The notes under the pieces were generated by a model. That model was not told where the DNA came from and made no database searches. It was given only the letters and a program-made list of their open reading frames with translations. From positions 10,416,001 through 10,480,000 of the forward strand of contig OX597826.1 of the NCBI GenBank assembly GCA_951406725.2: a stretch of DNA of 64,000 bases. The letters run 5' to 3'. Shown here one piece after another: positions 12,880-27,119 of the stretch; the first letter of the stretch is position 1; every line of letters begins with the position of its first letter. The DNA is from Octopus vulgaris. Lineage: Eukaryota. The position numbers and the translations under genes were made by a program.

Positions 12880-13268
12880 ACACCAACATCATCACCAATG
12901 TAAAACTAACATTATTACCAATGCAATCCAACATTATCACCAATGTAATCCAACATTATCACAAGTGCAATCCAACATTATCAACAATGCAATCCAATAT
13001 TATCACAATGCAATTGAACATTATCACCAATGCAATCTAACATCATCACCAATGCAATCCAACATTATCACAAAGCAATCCAACATTATCACCAGTGCAA
13101 TCCAACATTATCACCAATGCAATCCAATATTATCACAAAGCAATCCAACATTATCACCAATGCAATCTAACATTATCATCAATGCAATTGAACATTATCA
13201 ACAATGCAATCCAACATTATCACCAATGCAATCCAACATTATCACAAAGCAATCCAACATTATCACCA
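12880..13268 (+). repeat. 21/22-bp minisatellite (CAATGCAATCCAACATTATCAC), about 17-18 units
   Basis: Contiguous units with no spacers; recurring variants AAAGCAATCC and AATTGAAC. Confidence 0.95.
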
Positions 13269-13954
13269 AAAACAGAACAGTTATTTGTTGAATTGGTCGA
13301 ATTGCTAACTAAACGCTTGACCGATACTTCTAGGTTTCAGTCATGCTAATGTAGTCTTTATCATCTTCTCTTTGGTCAGTTAGATATAAACCATTTACTT
13401 TATTAATGTTGCTCTACCATCTCTGTAGATTTATGGGTTTTATAGGTTGCATTCATTTATCTACAGTTGATTGAAATACTTTTGAGGATTTTTGGATCAA
13501 TAAAACTTCTAAGTTTTATGAGACTGGTACAAAGTACTTCAAAAAGGGATAATTGAAATATCAAAATTTGTTCTATAGAAATACAATTTTAAGAGACTCA
13601 AGCCGGTGGTTGACAAATGTCGAATTTGTAACTTCATCAATAACTTCACCAACTCTAACTGATTGCGAGGAAACAATTTCAGATAAACCAAATAATCAAC
13701 ATAATTCTTTTATTTGGCACCAAATTTTTGAAGATGTCGTTAGTTAGTGGGTTTGCTGTTATGGATGACAGACGGAATCAGCCTGGGAAAGTTCAGTGTG
13801 AGTAGTAGGAATATTCTGTTAGCTGGGTTATGATACAAATTATTGAAATTTGTCCCATGTTAGAACCATGGCTCTGCTTGATAAGGGAAAAGACGTTTAG
13901 AGAGCCATGTCTCTCTAGGGAACAAAGGGTTTCTTCTTTCATGAGAATATAAGG

Positions 13955-14118
13955 TGTGGTTGGCGTTAGGAAGGGCATCCAGCTGTAGAAACTCTGCCAG
14001 ATCAGATTGGAGCCTGGTGTAGCCATCTGGCTCGCCAGTCCTCAGTCAAATTGTCCAACCCATGCTAGCATGGAAACTGGATGTTAAACGATGATGATGA
14101 TGATGAGGATGATGATGA
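13955..14118 (+). mobile_element. RTE LINE 3' end fragment (family D)
   Basis: Family D sequence with a (GAT)n tail. Confidence 0.75.
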
Positions 14119-14752
14119 TCAATATAGTTGGCCATTAAAACCTAAACCAGCAGCAGCAAAACATATATTGTTTGTTACATTGTTCTGACATTTCTGTTTT
14201 TCTTTTTCTTTTTGATATCTTGTCATTTAGTTAATGTCAGTTTCTTTCACTTGTATAAACCACATTTAACTACAAAAATGGTTTACTTATTATTTTATGA
14301 GAATGTCCAGTTATAATAAGGCACAAACAGCTGAAAGAGTATGGTGAAATTGCCATGGGGAGTGGTGTATCCAATGTTTCAAACACAATCCTTCTTCAGG
14401 GTAAAGATGCCAAGAAAGAAATAAAAGAAACACAGCAAAATCTTATATCCTCAATGATTGAGAAACTGGCTGCAACGGTTGTGTACTCTGCTCCCCTTGG
14501 CAATTTTACTATACTCACTACCAGTCTCTTTGGATTCTGTTTTGATATATAAGGTAAAATAGCAGCGGACTGAGAAAATTGATGATCTGCATTATTAAAA
14601 ATTCGAAAAAGAAGTTCGTGAGTTTGGAAATGTAATCTCATGTTTTTAGACTGGTTCTTCATTTGAGAAAGAGAAAAAAAAAATTTTTCTGTCTCTCTGA
14701 TAAAAATCATTCCCAAAATGTCAAATTGCTCTTCTCATGACATATCAATCTA

Positions 14753-15058
14753 TGTTTCCTTCTCGAGCCATGCCTGGCTCATAAAGGCCGGTTTCCCGGT
14801 TTCCTTGGCATATAGGTTCCCCACCTGGACGGGACGCCGGTCCATCGCAGGTGAGCTGCAAGATGCAGGAGGAAAGAGTGAGAGAAAGTTGTGGTGAAAG
14901 AGTCAGCAGAAGTTCGCCATTACCTTCTGCTGGACCCGCGTGGAGCTTAGGTGTTTCGCTCATAAACATGAACACACACATCGCCCAGTCAGAGATTTGA
15001 ACCCGCGATCCCTTGACCGCGAGTCCGCTGCTCTCACCACTAGGCCATGTGCTTCTAC
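14753..15058 (-). mobile_element. SINE with family C-type head and V-domain-like tail type 2
   Basis: tRNA head, GCGAAACACCTAAGCTCCACG body, then GATGGACCGGCGTCCCGTCCAGG...GAGCCAGGCATGGCTCGAGAAGGAAC. Second copy at 17855-18157. Confidence 0.8.
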
Positions 15059-15741
15059 ATATGAATCTATCCAAAGACATGGACTTCACCATTTAATTAA
15101 ATTATGTGTCATTAACCAGCTTTAATACATAATATAGGTGTAGACATGGCTGTGTGGTTCAGAAGCTCATGTTGCGACCATGTAGATTTGGATTCAGCCC
15201 CCCATCCCCCTTGCACAGCACCTTGGGCAAGTATCTTCTACTATGACCTTAGGCTGACTAATGCTTTGTGAGTAAATTTGGTAGACAGAACTGTGTGAAA
15301 GTCTGTCATATAGGTATATGTATGTGTGTGTGTGATCCTTTGTGTTTGTCCATTCATCTTTTGATAACTAGTGTTGGTTTGTTTATATCCCTGTAACTTA
15401 GCATCATGGCAAAATATATTGATAGACTAAGTACCAACCTATAAAAGAAATAAATAAATATTGGGATCGATTCGTCAACTGAACCCTTCAGTGGGGTGCT
15501 CCAGCATGGTCACAGTTTAATGACTAAAACTGGTAATAGATACAAGATAAATGATACTGGATGCTGCATGGTTGAATAGTTGACAAGTTCACTTCAGAAT
15601 CATGAGGCAGGAGTTCAATTCCACTGTGGGGCATCTTAGTCAAATGTCTTTTACAACAGCTCCGGTTGACCAAAGCCTTATGAATAAAATTGGGTAGATG
15701 GAAACTATGTGGGAGGTTGTTAGATGGATTGTATCTGCATT

Positions 15742-16180
15742 TTAACCCTTTAGCTCTTGAACCAGCCATATCCAGTCCACATATGCCTCCCTGTTTTATG
15801 TTTATACTGACCAGAGCTAGTCTCTCATACTTACCCTACAATATCATTCTAAACATAGACAATAACATCATCAAAATCTCAAATCTATGAGATAATACAT
15901 CGTTAATTCAAGATGTGTGTGTCTGTGTTTGTCCCCTCAACATCGCTTGACAACCGATGCTGGTGTGTTTACGTCCCCATCACTTAGTGGTTCGGCAAAA
16001 AGAGACCGATAGAATAAGTACTGGGCTTACAAAGAATAAGTCCCGGGGTCGATTTGCTTGACTAAAGGCGGTGCTCCAGCATGGCTGCAGTCAAATGACT
16101 GAAACAAGTAAAAAAAAAGAAATAATATTAATAAATAAGCTTTACATTTGTCAGAATATTTTGAAAACTAAAGGGTTTAA
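15742..16180. mobile_element. TTAA-flanked piggyBac-type MITE containing the 3' half of a family A SINE
   Basis: TTAACCCTTTAG...CTAAAGGGTTTAA ends; inverted homolog at ~54019-54217. Confidence 0.6.
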
Positions 16181-17040
16181 TGTCCAACCTTTGCCACATG
16201 TACTGTTTTATACTGATTGCAACTAAGAATTACATTAAGGATTAAGGGTACATCCTATAATTCAATGAACAGGTAGTTCGTTTGATTGAACACTCAAATA
16301 GCCATTGCTAAAATTGATAGAGATCCAATTACACTGGGGTCTCTATATATGAACATAATCCATTCCAAAGCCCTGTTTGTTAACCAAATTATTCATTGCA
16401 TGAGTAATTGCTAAACACAGAAATAGGGAGATTCTGTTCCAGGCCACACCCAATCTCAACATAAAGGCATGAAATGATGTTTTATTTGTCCATCCATCAA
16501 CAGGAAATACATATACTTAGGTGTATATACACGTGTGTGTGTGTATGTGTGTACCTGTGTGAAATATGTACATAGATGTTAATGAACCATTTGTATTTGT
16601 TCTCCCAGTCACTTATATGCAGGTGTAGTCTAATTGTGGTTTGTTGTTCAAATCTCATCTTGCTGACTGAATGTAATTTTCTTCTAAAAAAAAACTCTTC
16701 AGTTAATAGAGGCACAGGCATGGCAGTGTAGTAATAAACTTGTTTCCCAACCACTTGGTTCCTGGTTCTGTCCCACTGTGTGGCACCTAGGAAAAGTATC
16801 TTCTAAACAGGGAAATTCACAGTTTATAAGGAATGAAATAGAAGAATAAAGAGTAAAAAGTAGGTAGAAGAGTACAGACAGGAAGATAAAGTTTGCAGTT
16901 TGTTTTTTTCTCCTGAGGTATGGAAGTTGGTCCATACTTCCATGAAGATATAGGCCCTTAGATATAATCCCAGGTAAATACAGGCTGTATTTTGGCAGTA
17001 TTGTGAATATGTACATATACATACATATATATATATTTAT

Positions 17041-17336
17041 GTGGAGGCGCAATGGCCCAGTGGTTAGGGCAGCAGACTCGCGGTCGGAAGATCGCGGTTT
17101 CGATCCCCAGACCGGGCGTTGTGTGTGTTTATTGAGCGAAAACATTTAAAAGCTCCACGGGGCTCCAGCAGGGGATGGTGATCCCTGCTGTACTCTTTCA
17201 CCACTCTTTCTTCTGTTGGCCTGCACACTTAGCCAGCGAGGTGGCGTCATTCAAAAGGCTAAAACAATGCGAACGCATTGTAACCAGCGATGTGTAACAA
17301 CATCTGATGGTCTGGTCGGTCACGTGATCACGTGAT
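17041..17336 (+). mobile_element. SINE family C, tail type 1
   Basis: Homologous to 3322-3634. Confidence 0.85.
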
Positions 17337-17854
17337 ATATATTTATAGCAATGGAATATGCAATAAATATATTGGATCTGCAGAAAATGGAGGGATGTAT
17401 AGGTTATTCCCGAGAGACAGAGTAAGTAAAAGTGAATTGGGAAAACAACTGGCTATCAAAGGTGATCAGCTAATACTTACAAGAGTGATGCTGTGTCAAG
17501 TATTCAATCATTGCTTGTATGCATCAATCAACATAGCTATGGTGGAGGTTAAGTTTGGCACCAAAGATGGTATGAAAGTAGGTGATGTTGGCAGCTGCTC
17601 CCCTACGTCATCCTTGACTGAGCAGACCTATAATCAGTTGTAAGTGAGTATCAGTCATGCAGGTAGTGTCTTTTGTTTCCAGTCTTCCATGAAAACTTGT
17701 CTGGTCATGGGGGAATATTACTTCACATGGAAATAGGTGAGAGTTGGTGACAGGAAGGGCATCCTGCTGTAAAATATTTGCCTCCACAAATTTAGTCTGA
17801 CCCATACTAGCATGGAAAACTAGATCCAAGATTGTGCTTAATTTGAAGGACATG

Positions 17855-18157
17855 TTTGTTTGTTTGTTCCTTCTCGAGCCATGCCTGGCTCATAAGGGCC
17901 AGTTTCCCCGTTTCTTTGGCATATAGGTTCCCCACCTGGATGGGACGTCGGTCTGTCGCAGGTGAGCTGCAAGATGAAAGAGTGAGAGAAAGTTGAGGCA
18001 AAAGTGTCAGCAGAAGTTCGCCATTACCTTCTGCCGGAGCCAGGTGGAGCTCAGGTGTTTCGCTCATAAACACACACATCACCCGGTCTGAGATTCGAAC
18101 CCGCCATCCCTCGACCGCGAGTCCGCTGCTTTAACCACAAGGCCATGTGTCTCCACA
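17855..18157 (-). mobile_element. SINE family C, tail type 2
   Basis: Homologous to 14753-15058; (AAAC)n tail. Confidence 0.8.
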
Positions 18158-18225
18158 ATTTGAAGGACATGAAAAGATGTAATACTTTAACGTGTTGAAA
18201 AAGAAATTAAAAAAATAACATAATA

Positions 18226-18620
18226 GGCGCAGGAGTGGCCGTGTGGTAAGTAGCTTGCTAACCAACCACATGGTTCCGGGTTCAGTCCCACTGCGTGGCA
18301 TCTTGGGCAAGTGTCTTCTGCTATGGCCCCGAGCCGACCAATGCCTTGTGAGTGGATTTGGTGGACGGAAACTGAAAGAAGCCTGTCGTATATATGTATA
18401 TATATATATGTGTGTGTCTGTGTTTGTCCCCCTAGCATTGCTTGACAACCGATGCTGGTGTGTTTACGTCCCCGTCACTTAGTGGTTCGGCAAAAGAGAC
18501 CGATAGAATAAGTACTGGGCTTACAAAAGAATAAGTCCCGGGGTCGATTTGCTCGACTAAAGGCGGTGCTCCAGCATGGCCGCAGTCAAATGACTGAAAC
18601 AAGTAAAAGAGTAAAAGAGT
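18226..18620 (+). mobile_element. SINE family A (full length, young)
   Basis: CpG-rich and close to consensus. Confidence 0.85.
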
Positions 18621-19578
18621 ATAATAAATGTAACAGGTTTTAACCCAGTGCTAATGACTGTGAATTCTTAATTGATAAGTTACTTTACTAATCAATCACA
18701 GTATGTGTTATATGTCTAGGTTTGTTTGTTTGTTTATAGTAACCATCTTATACTTCTAGCTGCTAGCTATTACTTGCTATCACCTTTACTATAAAACTCA
18801 ATGTAGGCCACTTACTTTCTGTAGTACAACTAGCAACATCAGCAGTTAACTATCTAGTAAGTATTATTATCTTGTATACTTGTGTGCGTATGTAGGTGAG
18901 AATGTGTTTATTTTTAATTAGCAGTCTACTCACTATAATCTTTCCGTTTTTTCTGGGGGGTTTTTTTTTATACTTCTCATTTATTTCAGAATTACACAAG
19001 TTTATTTTGTTTTGAAACATTAATTATGAATGTGAAAATAACAACAAAATAATGAAAATATATATTTTTTTGTTGGTGTATTTATTTACTGTCTTGTTTA
19101 CTATCAATGTATGATACTTGTGTGTTTGTAAGAAAGAAAAAAATGTTACAAGACATAAAAAAAACACAAAAAAAAGGGTTTTTCTCCTTATTGTTGTGGT
19201 TTAGCCTCAGGCCTCTCCCGACCGATCAAGGAATCTATATTCAAAGACATTCCATCCTTGACCTTCCTTTATTTTCCGGCATACAGGAAACCCTAAAAGA
19301 GCCATATTATACACATCAATAATTTTTTTTTTTTTTGAAGTTACTAGATTGCAATATGAAGGAGATTTTGCTGCTATTACTAGCAGATCAAGTAAGCATG
19401 AAGAATTTTCCAGGGATGCTTATAGGTGCAAACTAAATACATTTGTGAAAGCTATGTGTATGTATGTGTAGTTTGAAAATATAGCATGAGATATATACAT
19501 AATGAAAACAAATATGTATGAATATACGATGAGTATGTATGTGTATATGTGTGTGTGTATATATATATACATATACAT

Positions 19579-19615
<37 letters not shown>

Positions 19616-19638
19616 CACACATATATATACACACACAT

Positions 19639-19951
19639 GTGGAGGCGCAATGGCCCAGTGGTTAGGGCAGCGGACTCGCAGTTGTAGGATCGCGGTTTCG
19701 ATTCTCAGACCGGGCGTTGTGTGTGTTTATTGAGCGAAAACACCTAAAACTCCACGTGGCTCCGGCAAGGGATGGTGGTGATCCCTGCGATACTCTTTCA
19801 CCACAACTTTCTCTCACTCTTTCTTCTGTTGGCCTGCTCGCTTAGCCAGCGGGTTGGCGTCATTTGAAGGCTAAAACAATGCGAAGCGCATTGTGACCAT
19901 CCATGTGTGGCAACATCTGATAGCCTGGTCGGTCACGGTGATCACGGTGAT
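19639..19951 (+). mobile_element. SINE family C, tail type 1
   Basis: Homologous to 3322-3634. Confidence 0.85.
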
Positions 19952-20224
19952 ATACACACACATATATAAAAAGATGAGATGACAAAGTGATAAATTACAA
20001 AACTCTACGCATAAGTGTAGAGTATTCTTTAACACATTGTAACTGTATTTTAATGCATGCATGCATACATTTCTGTAATTAAAAAGAAAAAAGTTATGTG
20101 CTGAAAAGGAAAGTGCAAGAAGAAATGAAAGAGATTGAAGAATGAGAATAAGGTAGAGAGACTGTAAGAAAGAGAAAGTGAGAGAATGAAGAGTAAGAAT
20201 GAAATAGAAACATTGTGTGTGTGT

Positions 20225-20267
<43 letters not shown>

Positions 20268-20284
20268 ATCAGATTGAAGTAGAG

Positions 20285-20493
20285 CAGGGGTCAGGGAACT
20301 TTTTTAATCAATTACCCCAGAATATATTTATTTACGCCAATGTTACCCCCTTGATGTGAAAGGAAGAAATTCATAGATAACAAGGTACATGATTTTTTAT
20401 ATAATTTTACTTAAGTTTAATGAGTCCTCATTACCCACAAGAATTTCATTTTTGCTACACTTGGGGTAATTTAACCTGGTTTGCTGACCCCTG
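20285..20493. mobile_element. hAT-type MITE
   Basis: TIRs CAGGGGTCAG / CTGACCCCTG; exact 8-bp TSD AAGTAGAG at 20277-20284 and 20494-20501. Confidence 0.85.
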
Positions 20494-20885
20494 AAGTAGA
20501 GGGACAGTGAGAGACAAGACAATTAAAGAAACTGATTGGGAAGGAAAGAAATGAGGAAATAGAGACAACATGAAAATAATTTTAAAAAATGAATTAGGTA
20601 TAGGCGCAGGTGTGGCTGTGTGGTTAAGACGCTTCCTTTGCAACCATGTGGTTTTGGATTCAGTCCCACGGCATGGCACCTTGGTCAAGTGTCTTCTGCT
20701 ATGGCCCCAGGCCAAGCAATGCCATGTGAGTGAATTTGGTAGACAGAATCTGTATACAGCCTGTCATGTGTGTGTGCATGTCTGTGTCTGTGTTTGTCCC
20801 ATTTTCACTGCTTGACAACTAGTGTTGGTTTGTTTATGTCCCCATCATATAGCAGTTTGGCAAAAAAAAGACTGGTAGAATAAAA

Positions 20886-21290
20886 GGTGGCGAGCTGGCA
20901 GAAGTGTTAGCATGCCGGGTGAAATGCTTAGTGGTATTTCGTCTGCCATTACGTTCTGAGTTCAAATTCCGCCGAGGTCGACTTTGCCTTTCATCCTTTC
21001 GGGGTTGATAAATTAAGTACCAGTTATGCACTGGGGTCGATGTAATTGACTTAATCCCTTTGTCTGTCCTCTCTGTGTTTAGCCCCTTGTGGGTAGTAAA
21101 GAAATAGGTATTTCGTCTGCCATTACGTTCTGAGTTCAAATTCCGCCGAGGTCGACTTTGCCTTTCATCCTTTCGGGGTCGATAAATTAAGTACCAGCTA
21201 CGCACTGGGGTCGATGTAATCGACTTAATCCCTTTGTCTGCCCTTGTTTGTCCCCTCTGTGTTTAGCCCCTTTTGGCTTATAAAGAAATA
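20886..21290 (+). mobile_element. SINE family B with tandemly duplicated body, nested in a family A copy (20602-21420)
   Basis: One head plus two bodies joined at AAAGAAATA|GGTATTTCGTCT. Confidence 0.85.
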
Positions 21291-21801
21291 AGAATAAGTA
21301 CCAGACTACCAGATTAAAAATAAGTATTGGGTGGGGTGAGGGGTCAGTTTGTTTGGCTAAAGCATTTCAGAGTAGAGTCCCAGCATTGTCACAGTTCAGT
21401 GACTCAAACAAGCAAAAGCTTTTCAAACACACATGCACACATTGATAAAATAATCCAAATAATAATAATGATGATAATGATGGTGATGGTGGTGGTGATG
21501 GTGGTGTTGGTGGTGGTGGTGATGATGATGATTTCAAATTTTGGCACAAGGCCAATAATTTCAGGGGAGAGGGGGCAAGGCTAGTTGGTTACTTTGACCT
21601 CGGTATTTAACTGGTACTTATTTTGTCGACCTTGAAAGGATGAAAGGCAAAGTCAACTATGGCAGAATTTGAACTCAGAACATAAAGATGAATGAAATGC
21701 CACTAAGCCTTTTGCCCAGCATGCTAACCATTCTGCCAGCTCACTGCCTCATAATAACAATAATAATGATGATGATAATAATAATAATGATAATAATAAT
21801 G

Positions 21802-21840
<39 letters not shown>

Positions 21841-22440
21841 GTACCTCTTACTGAGTACAGTTTGTGTATAGCTCTGTGGCCTCTGGGTATTATTAGGACT
21901 TGTGAGTGCCTATTATGTTCATTCTCCGATGCTGTGACACAAAAGCCACTGCTAACCATGGATTTACACAATGTCCAGTTCTTATTGTATTTATTGCATT
22001 TCTTTGACCCATGAACTATTTCCAAACTTCAGCCTGTGTTTTGTGTGCTTCTTCAGTTTTAAAGGTACAACATAGAGTACCATAACTTTTGACTTTTCCA
22101 TTTGAAATTATTTCTCTCAATTTACCTGGTAAGATTGTTGTATTACTTAATGTGAAAAGAAATTTAATCTGCTTCTGTCTTTTCATAAGTGGAGATATAT
22201 AATTTTTTTTCTTATTATCCTCTCCTGGATTATCTACTTTAGCAAAATTCTTCCATTTACATTATCTTTGATTGTGTCTGTGACAGGCCCCAAAATTCTG
22301 TCCATTTTGTTTTGAGGGAAAGTTTGCCTTTACATGACTGAAATATGAATGGAACACACAGTTTTTGGAATCAAGTAAGAATTGCTTCTGCCATTGCTAC
22401 TGCTGTTGTTTTTACTGTCAGGGTATTTCAAATGACCTTA

Positions 22441-22672
22441 GGGTGGCGAGCTGGAAGAATCGTTAGCACGCCGGGCGAAATGCTTAGCAGTATTTTGTCT
22501 GCCGCTACGTTCTGAGTTCAAATTCCGCTGAGGTCGACTTTGCCTTTCATCCTTTCGGGGTCGATTAAATAAGTACCAGTTATGCACTGGGGTCAATGTA
22601 ATCGACTTAATACCTATGTCTATCCTTGTTTGTCCCCTTTATGTTTAGCACCTTGTGGGTAATAAAGAAATA
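22441..22672 (+). mobile_element. SINE family B (full length)
   Basis: Flanked by a 15-bp direct repeat GGTATTTCAAATGAC. Confidence 0.85.
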
Positions 22673-22717
22673 GGTATTTCAAATGACTTATTTCAGTATT
22701 TAGAACATGTACATTTA

Positions 22718-23017
22718 TCACGTGATCGTGTGATGGACCAGACTATCAGATATTGTTATACATCACTGGTCACAATGCCCTTTGCAATGTTTTAGCTTTT
22801 CAATGATGCCACTATGCTGGCTAGGCATGCAGGCCGACATTTCCCTTGATCGGACAGCTACTCTGTCACAGGGTTACCCATTTACAGCTGAGTGAACTGG
22901 AGCAGCATAAAATATGTTTTGCTCAAAAACACAACATGCTGCTCAGTTTGAGAATTGAACCTGCAGATTAGCAATCATGAGTGAAACATCCTATCCACTA
23001 GGCCACGCACCTTCACA
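22718..23017 (-). mobile_element. Chimeric SINE: CORE-like head/body with tail type 1
   Basis: Head and body as in 11065-11305, but the tail is as in 3322-3634. Confidence 0.65.
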
Positions 23018-23487
23018 TATTTGGAACATACTTCTATTAATTGTGAGCTGTGCTGTTCAGTTTCTTCTTCCTCTTGTGCGTTTTGATTTTGTGTATTTGT
23101 TTTTAGCAACGGTAGTGCTTTGTTGTGCAGCATAATTATGTATGGTAGCCATTGAGGATGTGTAAATGAAATGTGCGTAAATATTCATTCCAGAGTTTAT
23201 CAGTCAATTACCTTATGAATAATATGAATGAAGTGTGCATATAATGTTTTTGATTTCATCCCATCATTGAAACATTACAAATGTAGACCAAAGCAGAATA
23301 AAATTATAGAGTTTATAGATACAGTCGTTGCTGTGCGGTAAGAAATTTGCTTCCCAACCTCATGGTCCTGGGTTCAATGCCATTGCATGGCTCTTTTTTG
23401 CAAGTGTTATTTTTATTGATAGTCCCAGGCCGACCAAAGCCTTATGAATGGATTTGATAGATGGAAATTGAAAGAAGCATGTTTTAC

Positions 23488-23830
<343 letters not shown>

Positions 23831-23905
23831 CAGATATAAAACCATCCGAATTTCTGAGTACCACATTGCTTCTAATATAAAATACCTGTACATCATCTCC
23901 AAACC

Positions 23906-23955
<50 letters not shown>

Positions 23956-24040
23956 ATTTTCTCTCCTTTTTCTCTCCTTTTTTCTCTCCATTTTTTTTCG
24001 TAAACTTTCCCTATATATATATATATATATATATAATAAT

Positions 24041-25099
24041 AATGATAATAATAATATTCTTGAAGCTTATAAGCAATCACTGTGTAATGACTAAAGAAAA
24101 TAGTCTAATATTGGGGTATACTAGACTACTTGTAACCTGTTGGGTTACCAATAGTTCAAGGTACCTGAAAAAACCATGTATCTTGGGAACCCATGGTTCG
24201 ATTTATGCAAAATTTGTTTTATTCCGTTTGTATTCACATTTCAATGGTACCTTTCTTTCAGAGTATTTTCTTAGTATGTGCTGGTTTATCTATTTATAAA
24301 GGTACCCGAAAAAACCACGTATCTCGGGAATCTGAGGTATGATTTACGGGAAATTTGTTTTATTCCATTTGTATTCACATTTGAATGGTACCTTACTTTC
24401 AAAGTATTTTGCCATTATGCACCGGTCTGGCTGTATTCAGTTACAGACAAGCAGGCATGCAAGCAAGCAGGTACCCAAAAAATCTGCATATCTTGGGAAT
24501 CACGGTTCAATTTACATGAAACTTGTCTTATTCTGTTTGTATTCCCATTTCAGGGGCACCTTACATTCAGAGTATTTTCCCATTTTGTTGGTTTGGCTGT
24601 TTTAAATTTCAGACAAGCACGTATGCAAGCAAACACGCAAACAAAACTATCCAGGTGTTCACAATAAAGGGCAATAACTCGATGTTTCATTGCTTAAATT
24701 TGTGGGGGAAAAAAAAAACCCACATATCTTGGGAATCCAATTTACACAAAACTTCTTTTATTCCGTTTGTATTCACATTTCAGGGGTAACTTACTTTCAG
24801 AGTATTTTCCCATTATGCACTGGTTTGGCTGTATTAAATTACAGACAAGCACGCAAGCAAGCAATCACATGACTTATAGAAGTATAGAGATAATCCCTCA
24901 ATGGAAAAAAAGTAGGGTCCCCATACACATGGGACATGAACCCACAGTTCTTTGTTTTCACAACAAGTGAGTCCCATGCATACAGACCATACTTTTTTCT
25001 GTTGAGGGCTTATATGCCCCAATATTAGACTATTTTCTTTAGTCATTACACAGTGATCCCTTATAAGCTTCAGGCTTATTAAATATTATTATTATCATT
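24041..25099. mobile_element. Non-autonomous element with ~70-bp inverted ends, four internal ~140-170-bp tandem repeats and a tRNA-like cassette
   Basis: GAAGCTTATAAG..ATCACTGTGTAATGACTAAAGAAAATAGTCTAATATTGGGG and its reverse complement at ~25017-25071. Internal units start at ~24160, 24301, 24470 and 24710. Confidence 0.75.
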
Positions 25100-25964
25100 T
25101 ACAGAATTGTAAAAATTGCAACTGCTTACCAAAAACCATTACGTGTATGTGTTTGTGAATGTGTGTATGTTTGGCCTTCATATCATTCGATATTTGTAAA
25201 TGAGTGTCAATGTCGCACAAACAAAGTCGTTAATTTCTAATATCCTTTTCTACTCTAGGCACAAGGCACAAAATTTTGGGGGAGGGTGCCAGTCAATTAG
25301 ATCGACCTCAGTATGCAACTGGTACTTAATTTATCGACCTCGAAAGGATGAAAGGCAAAGTCGACCTCGGCGGAATTTGAACTCAGAGCATAAAAATAGA
25401 CAAAATACCGCTAAGCATTTTGCCCGGCGTGCTAACGTTTCTGCCAGTTTGCCATCTTCATTCATTTCTAATATTGCATGAGAATATGTCTGGCCATGGG
25501 GAAATATTACCTTGCTTGGACGCGGGGAAACAGTGAGGGTTGGCAACAGGAAGGGCTGTAGAAAATCTTCAGATAAACTCCATCTAGGCATGTTAAATGA
25601 TGATGATGTCAATTTATATGGTTATTAGAACAGTAGAAATAGCAGAGCTCCAGACTAAACATGTTTGTTTTCATCCTGTTACATTCTAACTGCAAACACT
25701 ACTTGGGGTTAGGAGGAGGAGGAGGGGCACCTTTGGCTTTAATTCCTCCAGGTTTGATGAAATAAGAACCAAGAATGTTCTGGAGTGATTCTTCTTATTA
25801 ATTTGTAGCCATGTTTCAGTGAGTATATGAGATCATTACTATTTGGGGATATGGACTTCAGTCATCCAATAGATACTAGATTATAGGGTCTTTTGTAAGT
25901 CTTTGATAATGTTCTATACAACAAATATATTTACATCGATATAATATGAACCAATTGGGAAGGT

Positions 25965-26196
25965 GTAGTGGTTAGCTGGCAGAGTCATTAGCACGCCAGG
26001 TGAAATGCGTAGCCGTATTTCGTCTCGTTATGTTCTGAGTTCAAATTCTGCCGAGGTCGACTTTGCCTTTCATCCTTTCGGGGTCGATAAATTAAGTACC
26101 AGTTACGCACTGGGCTCGATGTAATCGACTTAATCTGTTTGTCTGTCTTTGTTTGTCCCCCTCTGTGTTTAGCCCCTTGTGGGTAGTAAAGAAATA
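25965..26196 (+). mobile_element. SINE family B
   Basis: Close to consensus. Confidence 0.8.
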
Positions 26197-27119
26197 GGTT
26201 AGGGTGTGGTATTCACTATCATAAGGTCATGGTTTTAATTTCTGGGCCAAGAGTGCATTGTGTTAAGCAAAACAATTCATTTCTCATTGCTTCAAGTTCA
26301 CTCAACCGAAAATTATTTCCAGCAACAGTTGGGAAGTTAACCTTGAAAAGGACTAGCATCCTGTACAGGAGAGTGGGGAAGGTGAGCATTGTGATCTTTG
26401 TCACTTAAACATCATGGAAACCCGCTTAAGCCCTGACCTTATGAGTCCTTGCGTTTGTGACAGACCTAACCTAATATGAGCCAAGTAAGTGCTAGTGCTA
26501 GAAATAGCAGCTAAATTTCCCTAAAGCAATATCTTACCATCTGATAGAAAAAAAGAGCAAGATACATGTTATAATGTAGTCTTTAATACATTGACTGATA
26601 AGATGGCATGACCATGACTGGAACGGTTCAATGAAATACATAATACATAAACTTAACAACAACTATTATAATTACAAAAAGGGAAAATGTATTACTTGAT
26701 GCTTTGAGAAATAAAGCTGGAACTAATGAATTAATTGAATTATTCATGCATGCATACACAAGCATGAACGCATACACACATATCTTAGGACTTATTACTT
26801 GACGAATATTGACACGCTTCATGATATATTTAGGTAAGCTTGTCTATGGATTATGCTTCTCTATACTTACTATGATAAAAAAAAATAACAAAACGGATTT
26901 TCTTAGCACACACACACACATTCTTTTATCTGATTCAGTCATTTGACTGCGGCCATGCTGGAGCACCGTCTTTAGTCGAACAAATTGACACCAGGACTTA
27001 TTCTTTGTAAGCTTAGTACTTACTCTATTGCTCTCTTTTGCTGAACTACTAAGTTACAGGGACATAAACACACTAACATTGGTTGTCAAGCGATGGTGGT
27101 GGTGGTGGGGAACACACAG

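Noticed and set aside
12880-13268. CRISPR-like periodic array
   Set aside because: Units are contiguous with no unique spacers; eukaryotic context and no cas genes.
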